Origin: a virus
Taxonomy: Duplodnaviria > Caudoviricetes
Virus record (IMG/VR): IMGVR_UViG_3300017991_000130
Coordinates: 1-55,948 of that record
Length of the DNA stretch: 55,948 nucleotides
Strand: one strand, 5' to 3'
Shown: piece by piece, positions 35,867 through 45,571 of the stretch
How positions within the stretch are numbered: the first letter of the stretch is position 1
Layout: every line of letters begins with the position of its first letter
Made by a program: the position numbers and the translations under genes
The notes under the pieces: generated by a model
What the model was told of the DNA's origin: nothing
Seen by the model: the letters and a program-made list of their open reading frames with translations, nothing else
The model's database searches: none

Positions 35867-36988
35867 TTATCCCCTGTAGGGTTCTCCGCGGTCGGGCATG
35901 CCGCGATCCGGCTCGCCCCGATCGACGCGGCCCCACGCCGCGACCTCGCTGGGAAGCGGGCTTTCGAGCCAGCCGCCGCCGGAGATGTCGCGGACCCGCC
36001 GGCGGATGAACCACTCCTGCAAGCCGCCGGTCATGGGATCGACCCGCACGGTGGCCTTCCGCGGCACGTAGCCGCCGGTGACGCCCACCAGCTCATAATC
36101 CTTCTGGTGGCCGCTGACGGTGCCGCGGATCCGCAGGTTGTCCCACACCCAGGAACCCTTCGAGTCGGCCGCCATGAGCGTGAGAAACTCTTCGGGAGTC
36201 ACGTCGCGGTAGCGATAGAGCGGCCCCGGACCGGCCCTCGCCGCAGACCCGCGAACGTGCCCCAGGAACCGCACGTAGAGGTACGTCGATTCGATGTCGT
36301 AGCCATAGCTGTGGACGTTCGAACTTACCGCCGGGAGCATCTCGCCGGTGACGATCGGGTGATCGGTGCCGAACCGCCGCGGCGGGCCGTCGGCCATCGG
36401 CATCGAGACCCCTGCGGCTGCTCCTTCGCCGTAGGCCGGCACGCCGAACGGCATCCGGCCTGCCGGTCGTTCGGGCCGCCCTGCCTCCGGCCAGGTCACC
36501 CGGGCGCCCATCGATTCGAGCATCTCGGTGGCGGCGGATATGCCGCGCTCGGTGATCGGGTCTCCGCGCCGCCGAGCGGCGCGCGGCGGCAGCACCTCGA
36601 AGCCGAACGCCTGGAGGATGCTCACGAGCTTGTCGATCTCGCCGCGGCCCGAAGGGCCACTGAGGGCCCGGATTAGCCGGCCGGCGGGACCAAGCTCGTT
36701 CAGGAACTGGTTCAGGAGCCGCTTCATGCCGGCGTCGCCGCGGCTGTACCGCTCGATCTGGCGGGCGAACTGCCCAAAACCGGTGCCCCGCAACTCCCGC
36801 AGGGCCTCCCGCGGCCCGAATCGCGAATACTGCTCCAGGGTCCGGCGCATCCGGTCGGGCGCGGTGCTCGCGCGGCGCATCTCCACTTCGCCGAACAACC
36901 GGCCGGCAGTAGAGGCGGCGAATTCCCGGCGCGCGGCCTCCAGGACGGCCGTGCCGGCTACGCGAAATAGGGGGCTGTACCAGGTCAT
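35867..36988 (-). CDS. KTSC domain-containing protein
   Basis: SSNVHSYGYD...LYVRF...YRYRDV...LMAADSKGSW. Confidence 0.85.
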   Translation of the reverse strand: MTWYSPLFRVAGTAVLEAARREFAASTAGRLFGEVEMRRASTAPDRMRRTLEQYSRFGPREALRELRGTGFGQFARQIERYSRGDAGMKRLLNQFLNELGPAGRLIRALSGPSGRGEIDKLVSILQAFGFEVLPPRAARRRGDPITERGISAATEMLESMGARVTWPEAGRPERPAGRMPFGVPAYGEGAAAGVSMPMADGPPRRFGTDHPIVTGEMLPAVSSNVHSYGYDIESTYLYVRFLGHVRGSAARAGPGPLYRYRDVTPEEFLTLMAADSKGSWVWDNLRIRGTVSGHQKDYELVGVTGGYVPRKATVRVDPMTGGLQEWFIRRRVRDISGGGWLESPLPSEVAAWGRVDRGEPDRGMPDRGEPYRG

Positions 36989-37392
36989 GGCGGCGACTGT
37001 GTTTCAGTCCGCACCCGCACGCGGCGGGCGACTGGCGGCGATTGTAACGCGCCGGCGGACCCGCCCCCGGCGGTGTTGGCCAGTCTGCGGGCCCGCAGGG
37101 CGCCGGCAGCCGCCTTCTCGCGTGCCTCACAGGCCACGCACGGGCGGTAGTAGACCATTACCGGATAGCCGGCCCGCGCCGAGCACTGCGGGCACTCGTA
37201 GGGCTCGACTTTGGCGTAGCGAGGCTCGGCCGGGGTTTTGCGCTTGCGGCGGACCTTCCGGCCGTCCCGGACGCGGCGGACCGTCTTGCGGTTGCAGCCT
37301 GTCTGGCGGGCGATCTGCGAGAGGTTCATCTGCCCGGCCCGCAACAGGGAGCGGACGGCCCGTTTCTGCTGAGGGGTGATCGGGACTCCCAT
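36985..37392 (-). CDS. HTH plus zinc-finger DNA-binding protein
   Basis: NLSQIARQTGCNRKTVRRV; CPQC...CVAC; GGAGG SD before the ATG at 37392. Confidence 0.7.
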   Translation of the reverse strand: MGVPITPQQKRAVRSLLRAGQMNLSQIARQTGCNRKTVRRVRDGRKVRRKRKTPAEPRYAKVEPYECPQCSARAGYPVMVYYRPCVACEAREKAAAGALRARRLANTAGGGSAGALQSPPVARRVRVRTETQSPP

Positions 37393-37437
37393 CTTCTGTC
37401 CTCCAGTCCTCCTCAAGACTCCGGCCCGTCACGTCGA

Positions 37438-39696
37438 TCATTTGGCGAGTCGCCACCGCCGGTTGCCGTTGCGATTGAAGCGTATCGACTGCCGCGGCGC
37501 GGAAACCTCCCGGTGATCCACGGAAGTCGGCTGCTCCTGCAGCCCGCGGGTGGGAGAAAACACCAGGTAGCGGAGGCAGTCGGCCAGGTCGTCGTCTCGC
37601 TTCATCGGCACCGGCTTGGCGACCTCCGGGTTGAGGACGTTCCCGTCGGCCGCGGTGCGGCCTTTGCGCCAGCGGTACTTGCGCAGCTCTTCGACCAGGT
37701 GGCTGCACCGCGGGTGTATCCACAGCCGCGGCTTGCCGCTGTAGGGGCCGATCTTCAGCAGCCCGCGGACGCAGTTGATGCCCTGGTACACGTCGTTCGA
37801 CGCGGGCGCCATCTGGACACCGTAGCGGGTGAAGGCGGTCATCTCGCCCGGCCGGCTGGGGTCGGCGTAGGTGTAGCCGAACGTGTCCAGGGGCCGCAGC
37901 GTCGGCGTGTTATGGGGGTCGCGACGCCATTGCTCGAACCATCCGTACCGACTGTCGCTGATTTCTTCGAGCCGCTGGGCCACCAGGTCGCAGAACCGTC
38001 GCAATATCGGGTCTTCGGACTCGACGAAGACGTGCCACGGCGGCGGCCAGCCCCAGAAGATCGAGCGGGCCATGATCTCCACGGCGTGGTCGATGGTGAT
38101 CCGCGTCTGGTCGGCCGAGAGATACTCGTCGTAGATGAACCAGTCGCCCATGCCGTCCGCGTAGCCCCAGAGCGTGGCGTGCGGGTGCTCTTCGCTCGCA
38201 CCCCAGTCCACGGCCCGCATGTGCGTGATATTGAGCGGGAAGGCGAAGACGTCCGCGCTGACGTGCACCGCCGGGTTGAAGCTGGGGTAGATGCAGCCGA
38301 CGAACGTGGCCAGTGCCCCGGTCATGCGGGTCTGGATCAGCTCGCCGGGCACGGTGGCGAAGAACTGGTCGAACCAGCCGTCCGCCAGGTTCGCCACGTT
38401 GCAGGCGGTGTTGGCCCGATAGAACTTCCAGCCCTCCGGAGGATCGTCCATCACCTTCTCGACCCATATGCACAGTTCGGGGTCGATCGGCGTGAACTCG
38501 GCGAACTGCCCGCCGGGGAACATGTATTCGCGGCAGCCGCGGAGCACTTCGAGGAAGATGTCGAGCGGGAACTGCTCAGAGAACCAGAAGCCGCCGATCG
38601 AGCGGGCCTGCATCGAGCGGCGCCCCTGCTCGTAGCTCTTGAACTCCAACACCCAGTTCTTGCCCGGGCGCCCGGGCCACGGTTTCAGGGGCACGCTGAA
38701 CGGCAGGCCGCGCTTCGAGTCGTACCAGCGGATGCCGTCCCACTCGACCTCGCAGTCGGGGATGAACTGCTGGCCGGAGAGTTTTTCGGCCCAGCAGACC
38801 CCCATTACCTGCTCGTAGGTGTTGGAAATCACCCAGAACGGCGTGTTCTTGCGGGGCGGCGGCTGTTGCCGGAGGAGGAAATTGGCGGTCTTCCAGGCGG
38901 CGGCGGCGGTAGTGCCGCTATTGTGGTGAAAGAGACCGGCATGCTCGTAATTCCGGTGTGGCCAGACCGATAAATCGTGGAAGACATCTTGCCGTAGAAA
39001 CTCAATGGCGGCAATATGAAGGTCATTGCCTCGCGTTTCCCCTAAAGGAGACCTTGTCAATGCCAAAGAAGGTCCCGTGTCAGCTTCGTCGGCTTGGGAT
39101 TCCGAGGCGAACCGATAATGTTCAGACGCAGGTAACAATGCGTCACCGATGCGAAGCGTCCGAACTTCCCGCCAATTGCCGCGGGAATCTAAAACCCGAT
39201 GGAAGAGCGTTGCAGCAAAGGAGTCACCGTTCGACAGTCTAATGCGGTATAGACGGGCACGGCCCTTGATAAAGGGACGACTTGCCAACCCAATTTCTGT
39301 CGCTCCGGTTTGGTTGTTTCTACTCAGGACGTGAAATGGACCGTCGATCTGATCGAGGCGTCGATGCTGACGTTGCATTGGATCATAGATCAGGGACTCC
39401 CCAGCCAAACAGGCATTTCCACCGACGAGAAACGCCACGGGATCCCGGTTGCGGCAGAAGCTCGCCTGCTGGTCGAACAGTTCGGGCTTATCGGGCCGTG
39501 GGGTGAAGTTGGCCCAATAAGACTCCTGGAGCTGAGCCCACTCTTGAAACGTGGGATCAGAGGCGAGCACAGCCACGGCATCGTCCCGCAGCTCATCGGG
39601 GATCATCGACAGGGCGTCCACGCCGCGATACGTTCCCTCGCGCGGCCAGTCGTCCATGACCGCGGCAACAGTCGGCCCGTCTAGCAGTTTCCGCAA
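37438..39696 (-). CDS. terL: Terminase large subunit containing an intein
   Basis: Walker A region GGNA^SGTT; EFKSYEQGR; Walker B-like WFSEQ; FTP; nuclease motifs AVDWG, YADPS and DDDLADCLRY. Confidence 0.92.
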   Translation of the reverse strand: MRKLLDGPTVAAVMDDWPREGTYRGVDALSMIPDELRDDAVAVLASDPTFQEWAQLQESYWANFTPRPDKPELFDQQASFCRNRDPVAFLVGGNACLAGESLIYDPMQRQHRRLDQIDGPFHVLSRNNQTGATEIGLASRPFIKGRARLYRIRLSNGDSFAATLFHRVLDSRGNWREVRTLRIGDALLPASEHYRFASESQADEADTGPSLALTRSPLGETRGNDLHIAAIEFLRQDVFHDLSVWPHRNYEHAGLFHHNSGTTAAAAWKTANFLLRQQPPPRKNTPFWVISNTYEQVMGVCWAEKLSGQQFIPDCEVEWDGIRWYDSKRGLPFSVPLKPWPGRPGKNWVLEFKSYEQGRRSMQARSIGGFWFSEQFPLDIFLEVLRGCREYMFPGGQFAEFTPIDPELCIWVEKVMDDPPEGWKFYRANTACNVANLADGWFDQFFATVPGELIQTRMTGALATFVGCIYPSFNPAVHVSADVFAFPLNITHMRAVDWGASEEHPHATLWGYADGMGDWFIYDEYLSADQTRITIDHAVEIMARSIFWGWPPPWHVFVESEDPILRRFCDLVAQRLEEISDSRYGWFEQWRRDPHNTPTLRPLDTFGYTYADPSRPGEMTAFTRYGVQMAPASNDVYQGINCVRGLLKIGPYSGKPRLWIHPRCSHLVEELRKYRWRKGRTAADGNVLNPEVAKPVPMKRDDDLADCLRYLVFSPTRGLQEQPTSVDHREVSAPRQSIRFNRNGNRRWRLAK
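38920..39411 (-). mobile_element. Mini-intein (164 aa, no homing endonuclease) in the TerL P-loop
   Basis: Begins CLAGES, block B ATLFHRVL, block F FHDLSV, ends HHN followed by Ser; visibly lower GC. Confidence 0.92.
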
Positions 39697-39698
39697 TC

Positions 39699-39764
39699 AC
39701 ACGGAAGACGCGGAAGACACGGAAAAAGTCCTACCGCTTCCGTCTGCTCCGTGTACTCCGTGGT
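39699..39764. repeat. Palindromic CACGGAA-type 9-mer repeat element
   Basis: CACGGAAGACGCGGAAGACACGGAA followed by the inverted TTCCGTCTGCTCCGTGTACTCCGTGGT; related copies at about 46587-46652 and 52101-52126. Confidence 0.7.
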
Positions 39765-40081
39765 CTCTCAGTCGCCTCCGCCCGATTCGTCTCTGTTTCC
39801 CTCAAACGTGGCCACCGCCGCAGCCATCTGCCGGCTCGCCGCAAGCGACTGGTCGATACTGGCCTCTCGATCGACTCGCCGGCGTCCGTCTCGACCCGTA
39901 GATCGTCCAGTGTCGTGGCCGGCCGCCAGTCCCGCCGTTCCGAAGCCGCGGGGATGTACCGCCCATAGCCCGGACACTCGATCATTCTGCCCAGAGTCGT
40001 CTCGTCCACGGTGATCGGCATGCCGCAGTGGCCGCAGGCGATCACCTCGGCAATGTCAGGAGGCTCGAAGCGATCACTCAT
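39731..40081 (-). CDS. Small zinc-ribbon protein
   Basis: CGHCG...ECP motif; GGAGG SD. Confidence 0.55.
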   Translation of the reverse strand: MSDRFEPPDIAEVIACGHCGMPITVDETTLGRMIECPGYGRYIPAASERRDWRPATTLDDLRVETDAGESIERPVSTSRLRRAGRWLRRWPRLRETETNRAEATERPRSTRSRRKR

Positions 40082-40733
40082 GGGCGGCCTCCTTGGCGTC
40101 TTCGACCTTGGCCGCTGCCGGCCCTTGCTCGTCCTCCGCCGGCGGCAACGACTTCAGATCGACCAGTATCGCCGGACCGATCTGTCGCCATGAGCCGCTC
40201 CGCCAGACGTAGACCGTGCCCTCGATCCCGTTGATGACCACCGCGTAGCGGACTCCCGGTTTCGTCGGCCGCGGGAGCCGGGCGGCGACCGTGCCCTTGC
40301 CGGTCAGACCGCCCACGACGGCCGTCATCGCTCCGGGCTGAAATCTGATTTTGCGATCAGGATGTGCCGCTGCGTACTCCGCCGCCGTATGGAACTTGAC
40401 GGGATCTTGGTCTTCGTGCACGAAACGGCCGCGCAGGTCGGGCTTCTTCTTCGGCTTCCCGACCCCATAGTTGGCCATGGCTTTGAGGTGATCGACTATG
40501 GCCTTGCGCCCGGCCAGCACTGTCTCATCCGGAAACGGCGTGGTCATTGTCAGACTGCCGCGACCGTCCCGTACGTTCACCCGCCACCCCTGGAGCACGT
40601 AACCGCCCAGCAGACGACACCGCACCTTAACGAACACGATGGCTGAGTGCTCGTATGCCAGGGCCACGGCTTGGACCACCGTATAGTCCGGGTCCGCCAC
40701 GTGTGTGGCTAGTTGCGCCTTCGCCGCGGCCAT
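40074..40733 (-). CDS. Hypothetical protein
   Basis: 219-aa ORF coupled to the downstream gene. Confidence 0.6.
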   Translation of the reverse strand: MAAAKAQLATHVADPDYTVVQAVALAYEHSAIVFVKVRCRLLGGYVLQGWRVNVRDGRGSLTMTTPFPDETVLAGRKAIVDHLKAMANYGVGKPKKKPDLRGRFVHEDQDPVKFHTAAEYAAAHPDRKIRFQPGAMTAVVGGLTGKGTVAARLPRPTKPGVRYAVVINGIEGTVYVWRSGSWRQIGPAILVDLKSLPPAEDEQGPAAAKVEDAKEAAHE

Positions 40734-41190
40734 CTCTTCCGCCGTCGGCTGCCAGCCCGAATGAGTCCGGGCATGGTATGCCCTTGCTGACGGCTGCGCC
40801 GATTGCCGTAGTGACAGCGTGCGGAAATCGGATAGGGCACGCAGTTACGCCTTCGGTACACTAACCTGTCTTACGCAGCCTCTGAACCGCCCAGCGTGGG
40901 GCAACCACGAGATACCCGTCTGCGGCAAACCTAATAAGACAAGAGCCCAAGTGGCCCCGGGCCAGCACCTCACACCGCTGGCCGTGTCTCTCGGGCAGCC
41001 ACTTCCGCCACCGCCATACGTACCACTTCTCTGCCATCAGAACGGTATGTCATCATCTCCGGGCCTGCCATCGGGCTCACCGGCCGAAGGCGGCACCTCC
41101 GGCCCCGGGCCGCCTCCATCCGCCGCCGGACCATCATCCCCAGCGCCTCGACTGCGACCCGCGCCGTGGCCGCCGCCCTCGACGAGGCAA

Positions 41191-41844
41191 TCAATTCAGC
41201 CCCGATCCGAGCTGCCCGTCGAGCCTGCGACGCTCGGCGATCTTCTCCATCAGCCGCTGGAGCATCGCCTGGTCGGTCTCGGCCGGCGTCATGCCGGCCA
41301 CCCGCAGCTCGCCACCGATGTCGTGCTTGTGGTGGATCGGGGCGTAGTGGGAGTGGACCCGGGCCCGGAAATCGAGACACCACTGGATCACCTGGAGCCA
41401 AGCCACCTCGCCCGTCCTGGTCACCCGGGCGGTGGCCTGCTTGACGATCCGGAGCCGCTTCTGGCCGCGCGGAGTGGCCGTGAGTGCCTTCTCGATCGTC
41501 TCCCGGGTCTCGCCCGGTGTGGCACTGTGAAACCGCTCCCAGGCCGTCCGCTCGATCAGCGCCACCTTGGCCAGGTCCTCATCCAGCCGGGAGCGCATCC
41601 GCTCGCGCCAGAGGGGACAAATGGTCTGCTCCAGGTGGTGCAGGATCGTCGTGTGGTGCACGCCGAACCGTTTGGCAATCGTGCGCAGGGGCACGTTTTT
41701 GAGCCACAGATCGGCAATTTCCTGGAGGGCGCCCGGCGTGACGGGCCGCTCCTTGCCCGGCGGGCGCCCTTGCGGCCGCTTCGATGCGCCGTTTGATCCA
41801 GGTGTTTCAGGCAATTCGCTTCCTCCCCTTGCCTGTGCGTCCAA
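41191..41844 (-). CDS. HTH protein, probable terminase small subunit
   Basis: IADLWLKNVPLRTIAKRFGVHHTTI HTH plus a helical oligomerisation-like region, upstream of TerL. Confidence 0.6.
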   Translation of the reverse strand: MDAQARGGSELPETPGSNGASKRPQGRPPGKERPVTPGALQEIADLWLKNVPLRTIAKRFGVHHTTILHHLEQTICPLWRERMRSRLDEDLAKVALIERTAWERFHSATPGETRETIEKALTATPRGQKRLRIVKQATARVTRTGEVAWLQVIQWCLDFRARVHSHYAPIHHKHDIGGELRVAGMTPAETDQAMLQRLMEKIAERRRLDGQLGSGLN

Positions 41845-41848
41845 TGGG

Positions 41849-42910
41849 TCAGCTCGCCGGCATGGCCACCGCGCCCGGGTCCTCTTCGTACCGCTTGATG
41901 ACCGCGCGGACCTTCTGCGGGCTCACCCTCTGCTCGCTGGTGGTCAGCTCCGAGGCGATGTCGGCCGCCTCGACCCCCTGCTCGTGGAGCTGCACTATTT
42001 GCTGCTCGACGGAGAGGGTTTCTGCGGCCGCCTTCTTCCCGGTCTTCTCCTGATCCGCCAGCCGCTTCCGCTCCGCGTCCTGTGCTTTGAACTGGCGGGC
42101 CATCGGCTCCGGCAGCTCCGGCTCGAACTGGCCCGGCGTGGCGTTGAGGCTCGGGCCCTCAGGCGGCCGCGGCAGCCCCAGGACCTCGCACTGGGCCAGC
42201 ACCTTTTCGGGAGTTGTACGGAGCATCTCGGCAATCTGGCCTAATGATACATTTTGACGGACCAGGTCCTCCAGCGACTCCGGGCATTCCAGACTCATCC
42301 TGGCCACCTTCCGCTCCCGCAGCCGTTTGACGCGCTCGAAGATGGCTGACTGCTCCGTGGCCGCCGCCTCCCGCAGCCGGGTGACCGGATCGACCCAGCC
42401 GGTGGTGTGCTTGCCCGGTTCGGCCAGCTCCTCCTCGATCCTCCAGGTCTCGGGGGTGCCGCGGGCGTCGATCCAGCCGTAGATCTCGCAGATCTGGGGA
42501 TCGCCCACTCTCTGCTCCCGCAGGAGCTTGACCGACTCGACGGGCGGCCTTTGCGGGGCGGTCACGCCGCGGTATTCGCCCACCACCGCCTCCCAGGCCT
42601 TCCAGGTGGATTGTCCCGGTGGAATCATGACCGTGCCCCGCCGGTCGGCGTCTGCCTGCCAATCGTGCCACTCGCGGCCGAACGCCGCCACCAGTTCCTG
42701 GAGCGTCCGGCAGTCGCCGGGAATGCTCCCGTGAGCCCAGCCCTCGATGAGGTCTACCATGGCCTCGTTCAGGCCGGACGTAACGTAGGGGAGGTCCGTC
42801 CTGCCCGCCCACCGGTCGTGCTGGTCTATGGTCCCCTCGATGAGGCCCAGAAGAAACTCACGCCGCTCTCGATCGTCCATGCCGGGCTCCTTGATGGTCC
42901 GGCCCGTCAT
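41849..42910 (-). CDS. Hypothetical protein with HTH-like motifs
   Basis: 353 aa; SLGQIAEMLRTTPEKV and a C-terminal IVQLHEQGVEAADIASEL. Confidence 0.7.
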   Translation of the reverse strand: MTGRTIKEPGMDDRERREFLLGLIEGTIDQHDRWAGRTDLPYVTSGLNEAMVDLIEGWAHGSIPGDCRTLQELVAAFGREWHDWQADADRRGTVMIPPGQSTWKAWEAVVGEYRGVTAPQRPPVESVKLLREQRVGDPQICEIYGWIDARGTPETWRIEEELAEPGKHTTGWVDPVTRLREAAATEQSAIFERVKRLRERKVARMSLECPESLEDLVRQNVSLGQIAEMLRTTPEKVLAQCEVLGLPRPPEGPSLNATPGQFEPELPEPMARQFKAQDAERKRLADQEKTGKKAAAETLSVEQQIVQLHEQGVEAADIASELTTSEQRVSPQKVRAVIKRYEEDPGAVAMPAS

Positions 42911-43084
42911 CGTCTTAGGGATTCCGTCCCCGTGCTGACGGTGTTGTGACCGATGAGCGGGGAAGACGTCAAGCGGCTGATGGCCACCCTGCGGGGCCGC
43001 ACGGCGGCGACGGCTACTCGTGGCTGGCCATTACTGGTCTGTGGCTGGCCATTGCCAAACCTGACCCTGTAGTCTGTTTGCGGG

Positions 43085-43742
43085 GGTGTTCGCGAACGTT
43101 CGCGAACGCCATTCGCGTTTGGACTCTATCTGCCGCCTTTGGGGGGTTGTTCCAAATGGTTCAACGGCCCGGAACGATCTTTTTCGCCGTAAGGTCTTAC
43201 TGCTACACGCTCTACATCAGCCGCGGGAGATTGTTCCAATGTTCCAACGGAACAGAGAGCCATACGGCGCACGAATCGAGGGTCTGCCTAAGTACTAATT
43301 GCGCGCGCGCGCGCGCGTGTATGTGTAAACGCTGGAACAATTGGAACAATGGAACATTCTCTTGTAACTTCTTTTGTAGAAAGAGGATAAGATAATAGAG
43401 ATTGTTCCAAGATTGTTCCATTGTTCCAATCGCGTTGCGTCGCACCAAATGCGCTCGAAATGTCATCGAAATGCAGCCCAGATGTGCCGCAAATGCGCTC
43501 GAAATGCAGCAGCAATGTGCCGGAAATGCGGCGAAGTTGCTGCCGACCCCTGAAGAGACAGGGGGTTGGTATCCCCTAACCCCTCTATTTGCAGGTTAAG
43601 GCAAGGCTTTGTGAATCGCGGTCGCCAACCCCCTCTGGAGCAAAGGAATACCAAATCCCGCAGAAGAGGCAGAGGGCAATTTGCGGGCAAATGTTGCCTT
43701 GATGCGCCCGAAATGCGGCGGAAATGTCGCCAAGATGCGGCG
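43085..43742. other. Putative replication origin (non-coding, AT-richer, iteron-like repeats)
   Basis: Multiple TTGTTCCA/TGGAACAA copies, about 11-bp periodic AAATGCG-type repeats, a (GC)n tract and a 20-bp palindrome, directly downstream of the helicase gene. Confidence 0.6.
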
Positions 43743-43744
43743 AT

Positions 43745-45571
43745 TCAGAATCGAGAGGCGGCGGACTCCGTTTGGTCGCCCTCGTCGTCGCCCAGGAAGT
43801 GCTCGTCGAACCACGCCCAGTCCAGCTCGACGCCCCAGACAAGCCGACCGGTGAGTCGCCGCTTGCGGCGTCTGGCCGTAGGCAATCGGAGCAGGATGGT
43901 GTCGATCGACTGCGACCCCTCCGCCCAGCGCGTGCCGGAGAGCAGATAGCGGCGGATCGTCCGCACGTCCAGGAAGAGCCCCGTCTCGGGGGCGTTGACC
44001 CACTGCCGCGGTCCGACGGAATCCGACGCCACGGCCAGGCCCACGCATTCCAGGGCCTCTGGAGCATCGCTGTAGAGGCTCGCGTGCGAGAGGAGTTGCG
44101 AGACGCTGGCCTGCTGGCCCTTCTCCAGCGAGACCAGGGAGGCCAGGATCGTCTGCATCAGCTCCACCTGGTCGGACTCCTGATGCGACTGATCGGAGAC
44201 CTGCGAGCGGGCGCAGAATTCCAGCACCTCACGGGCGGCCGCCGGGCTGTCAGCATGGCCCAGGGCCACCGCCAGCATGGCCGCCGGCACGGCCAGCGAC
44301 TCGACCGTGCGGCCGTCGAAACCCTCCAGAGGGTGACTCCCCAGCTCGGAGGCCAGCGCCAGGGCCGGTCCCGTGGCCCGCACGGCGATCGCCAGGAGCC
44401 GCTGGCCCAAATCCACCAAAGCATCCGTCGGCGGCATCCGAAACGCCTGCTGGGCCTCTGCCGTGGGCCGGAGCATCTCGAAGGAGAGGTACCGATTCCG
44501 GTCTGGTTGACGCTCCATGCCCACCTCGATTGCGGCAATCCAGCAGATGTGCCTGAGCCCGAACTCGATGCCGCCCTGGCCCGGGGTGCCCCGCAGGATG
44601 CGGGAGCCGGTGCCGCTGGTCCTCAGGAGCTCCAGGACCCGGCGGCGGTGGTGGTCCGATTCAAACTCATCGATCAGCACCACGCAAGCCCGGTGGCGAA
44701 TTTTCTGCCGAAGACCCGCCTCGCTGGGCCGGTCGGTGGCCAGTTCCAGTGGACCGTAGATCCCCTTGAGGAGATCGAGGAAGGACGTCTTTCCGCTCGT
44801 GGACTCGGCCGTCAGGGCCACATGCGGCCGCCACCGCCAGACCGTCTGGACCCACGAGGCGAGCACCAGGCCGGCCAAGAGCATCGAGGCGCCCTCCCTG
44901 ATCTGCCACCGCCAGAGGGCCAGGAGTTCCACCAATTCATCCAGGGCAGTCTGCCGCCAACCGGCATCGGCCGCCCGCTCCAAGTCGGCCGAGAGCCGCT
45001 CGAACGTGTACCAGGGCCGGCTGTCTAGGTCGAGCAGCATGCCCGCTACTTTGGGGCGGGTGACTCTTGAGAGCTTTTCGGCTTTCAGGTCCCAGACGGC
45101 TGCTTCCCGGCTGCCGACCAGCACGAGCCGGTCGCGGCTCAGCCAGCAGCCCGAGCCACGGGCCGTCTGGTCGAAGATCCGTTGTTGGCCGGCCTGCATG
45201 GCGATGGCCTCGGTGACCCGCCGAAGGTGGAAGCTGTCGGGCGCCGCGGCCTCCTCGCCCAGGAAGACGCGGCCGCGGATAGCCGGGCCGGCGATCTGAT
45301 AGAGGTCGGGGATCGAGAGCCGCGAGATCTTGGGGATCACGTCGGTCTTGCCCTGGGCGAAGACCACGATCTCGCCGTTCGGCCGCTCGCCCAGAACGTC
45401 GATTCCGAGGGCCTCGGTGACCCGCCTGTCGGGCTCGATCGACGGGCCGGCCTCGTGGCCTTCGTCTGCGCCCGCGGCCGCCTCTGGGGCTTCTGGCGCC
45501 GCCGGCAGCTCGGTGACCGGCGAGGCGGCCGCCAACTCCAGCAGATCCTGGTAGGTGTGATTTTTGTCCAT
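43745..45571 (-). CDS. Replicative P-loop helicase domain (primase-associated)
   Basis: Walker A AESTSGKTS, Walker B VLIDEFE and Arg finger DRNR. Confidence 0.8.
   Translation of the reverse strand: MDKNHTYQDLLELAAASPVTELPAAPEAPEAAAGADEGHEAGPSIEPDRRVTEALGIDVLGERPNGEIVVFAQGKTDVIPKISRLSIPDLYQIAGPAIRGRVFLGEEAAAPDSFHLRRVTEAIAMQAGQQRIFDQTARGSGCWLSRDRLVLVGSREAAVWDLKAEKLSRVTRPKVAGMLLDLDSRPWYTFERLSADLERAADAGWRQTALDELVELLALWRWQIREGASMLLAGLVLASWVQTVWRWRPHVALTAESTSGKTSFLDLLKGIYGPLELATDRPSEAGLRQKIRHRACVVLIDEFESDHHRRRVLELLRTSGTGSRILRGTPGQGGIEFGLRHICWIAAIEVGMERQPDRNRYLSFEMLRPTAEAQQAFRMPPTDALVDLGQRLLAIAVRATGPALALASELGSHPLEGFDGRTVESLAVPAAMLAVALGHADSPAAAREVLEFCARSQVSDQSHQESDQVELMQTILASLVSLEKGQQASVSQLLSHASLYSDAPEALECVGLAVASDSVGPRQWVNAPETGLFLDVRTIRRYLLSGTRWAEGSQSIDTILLRLPTARRRKRRLTGRLVWGVELDWAWFDEHFLGDDEGDQTESAASRF

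Noticed and set aside
40734-41190. Possible small genes between the TerS-like gene and 40074..40733
   Set aside because: Several short frames are possible, none with convincing start signals or motifs.
42946-43949. Short ORFs in the repeat-rich region
   Set aside because: Translations simply mirror the DNA repeats; better explained as a non-coding origin.
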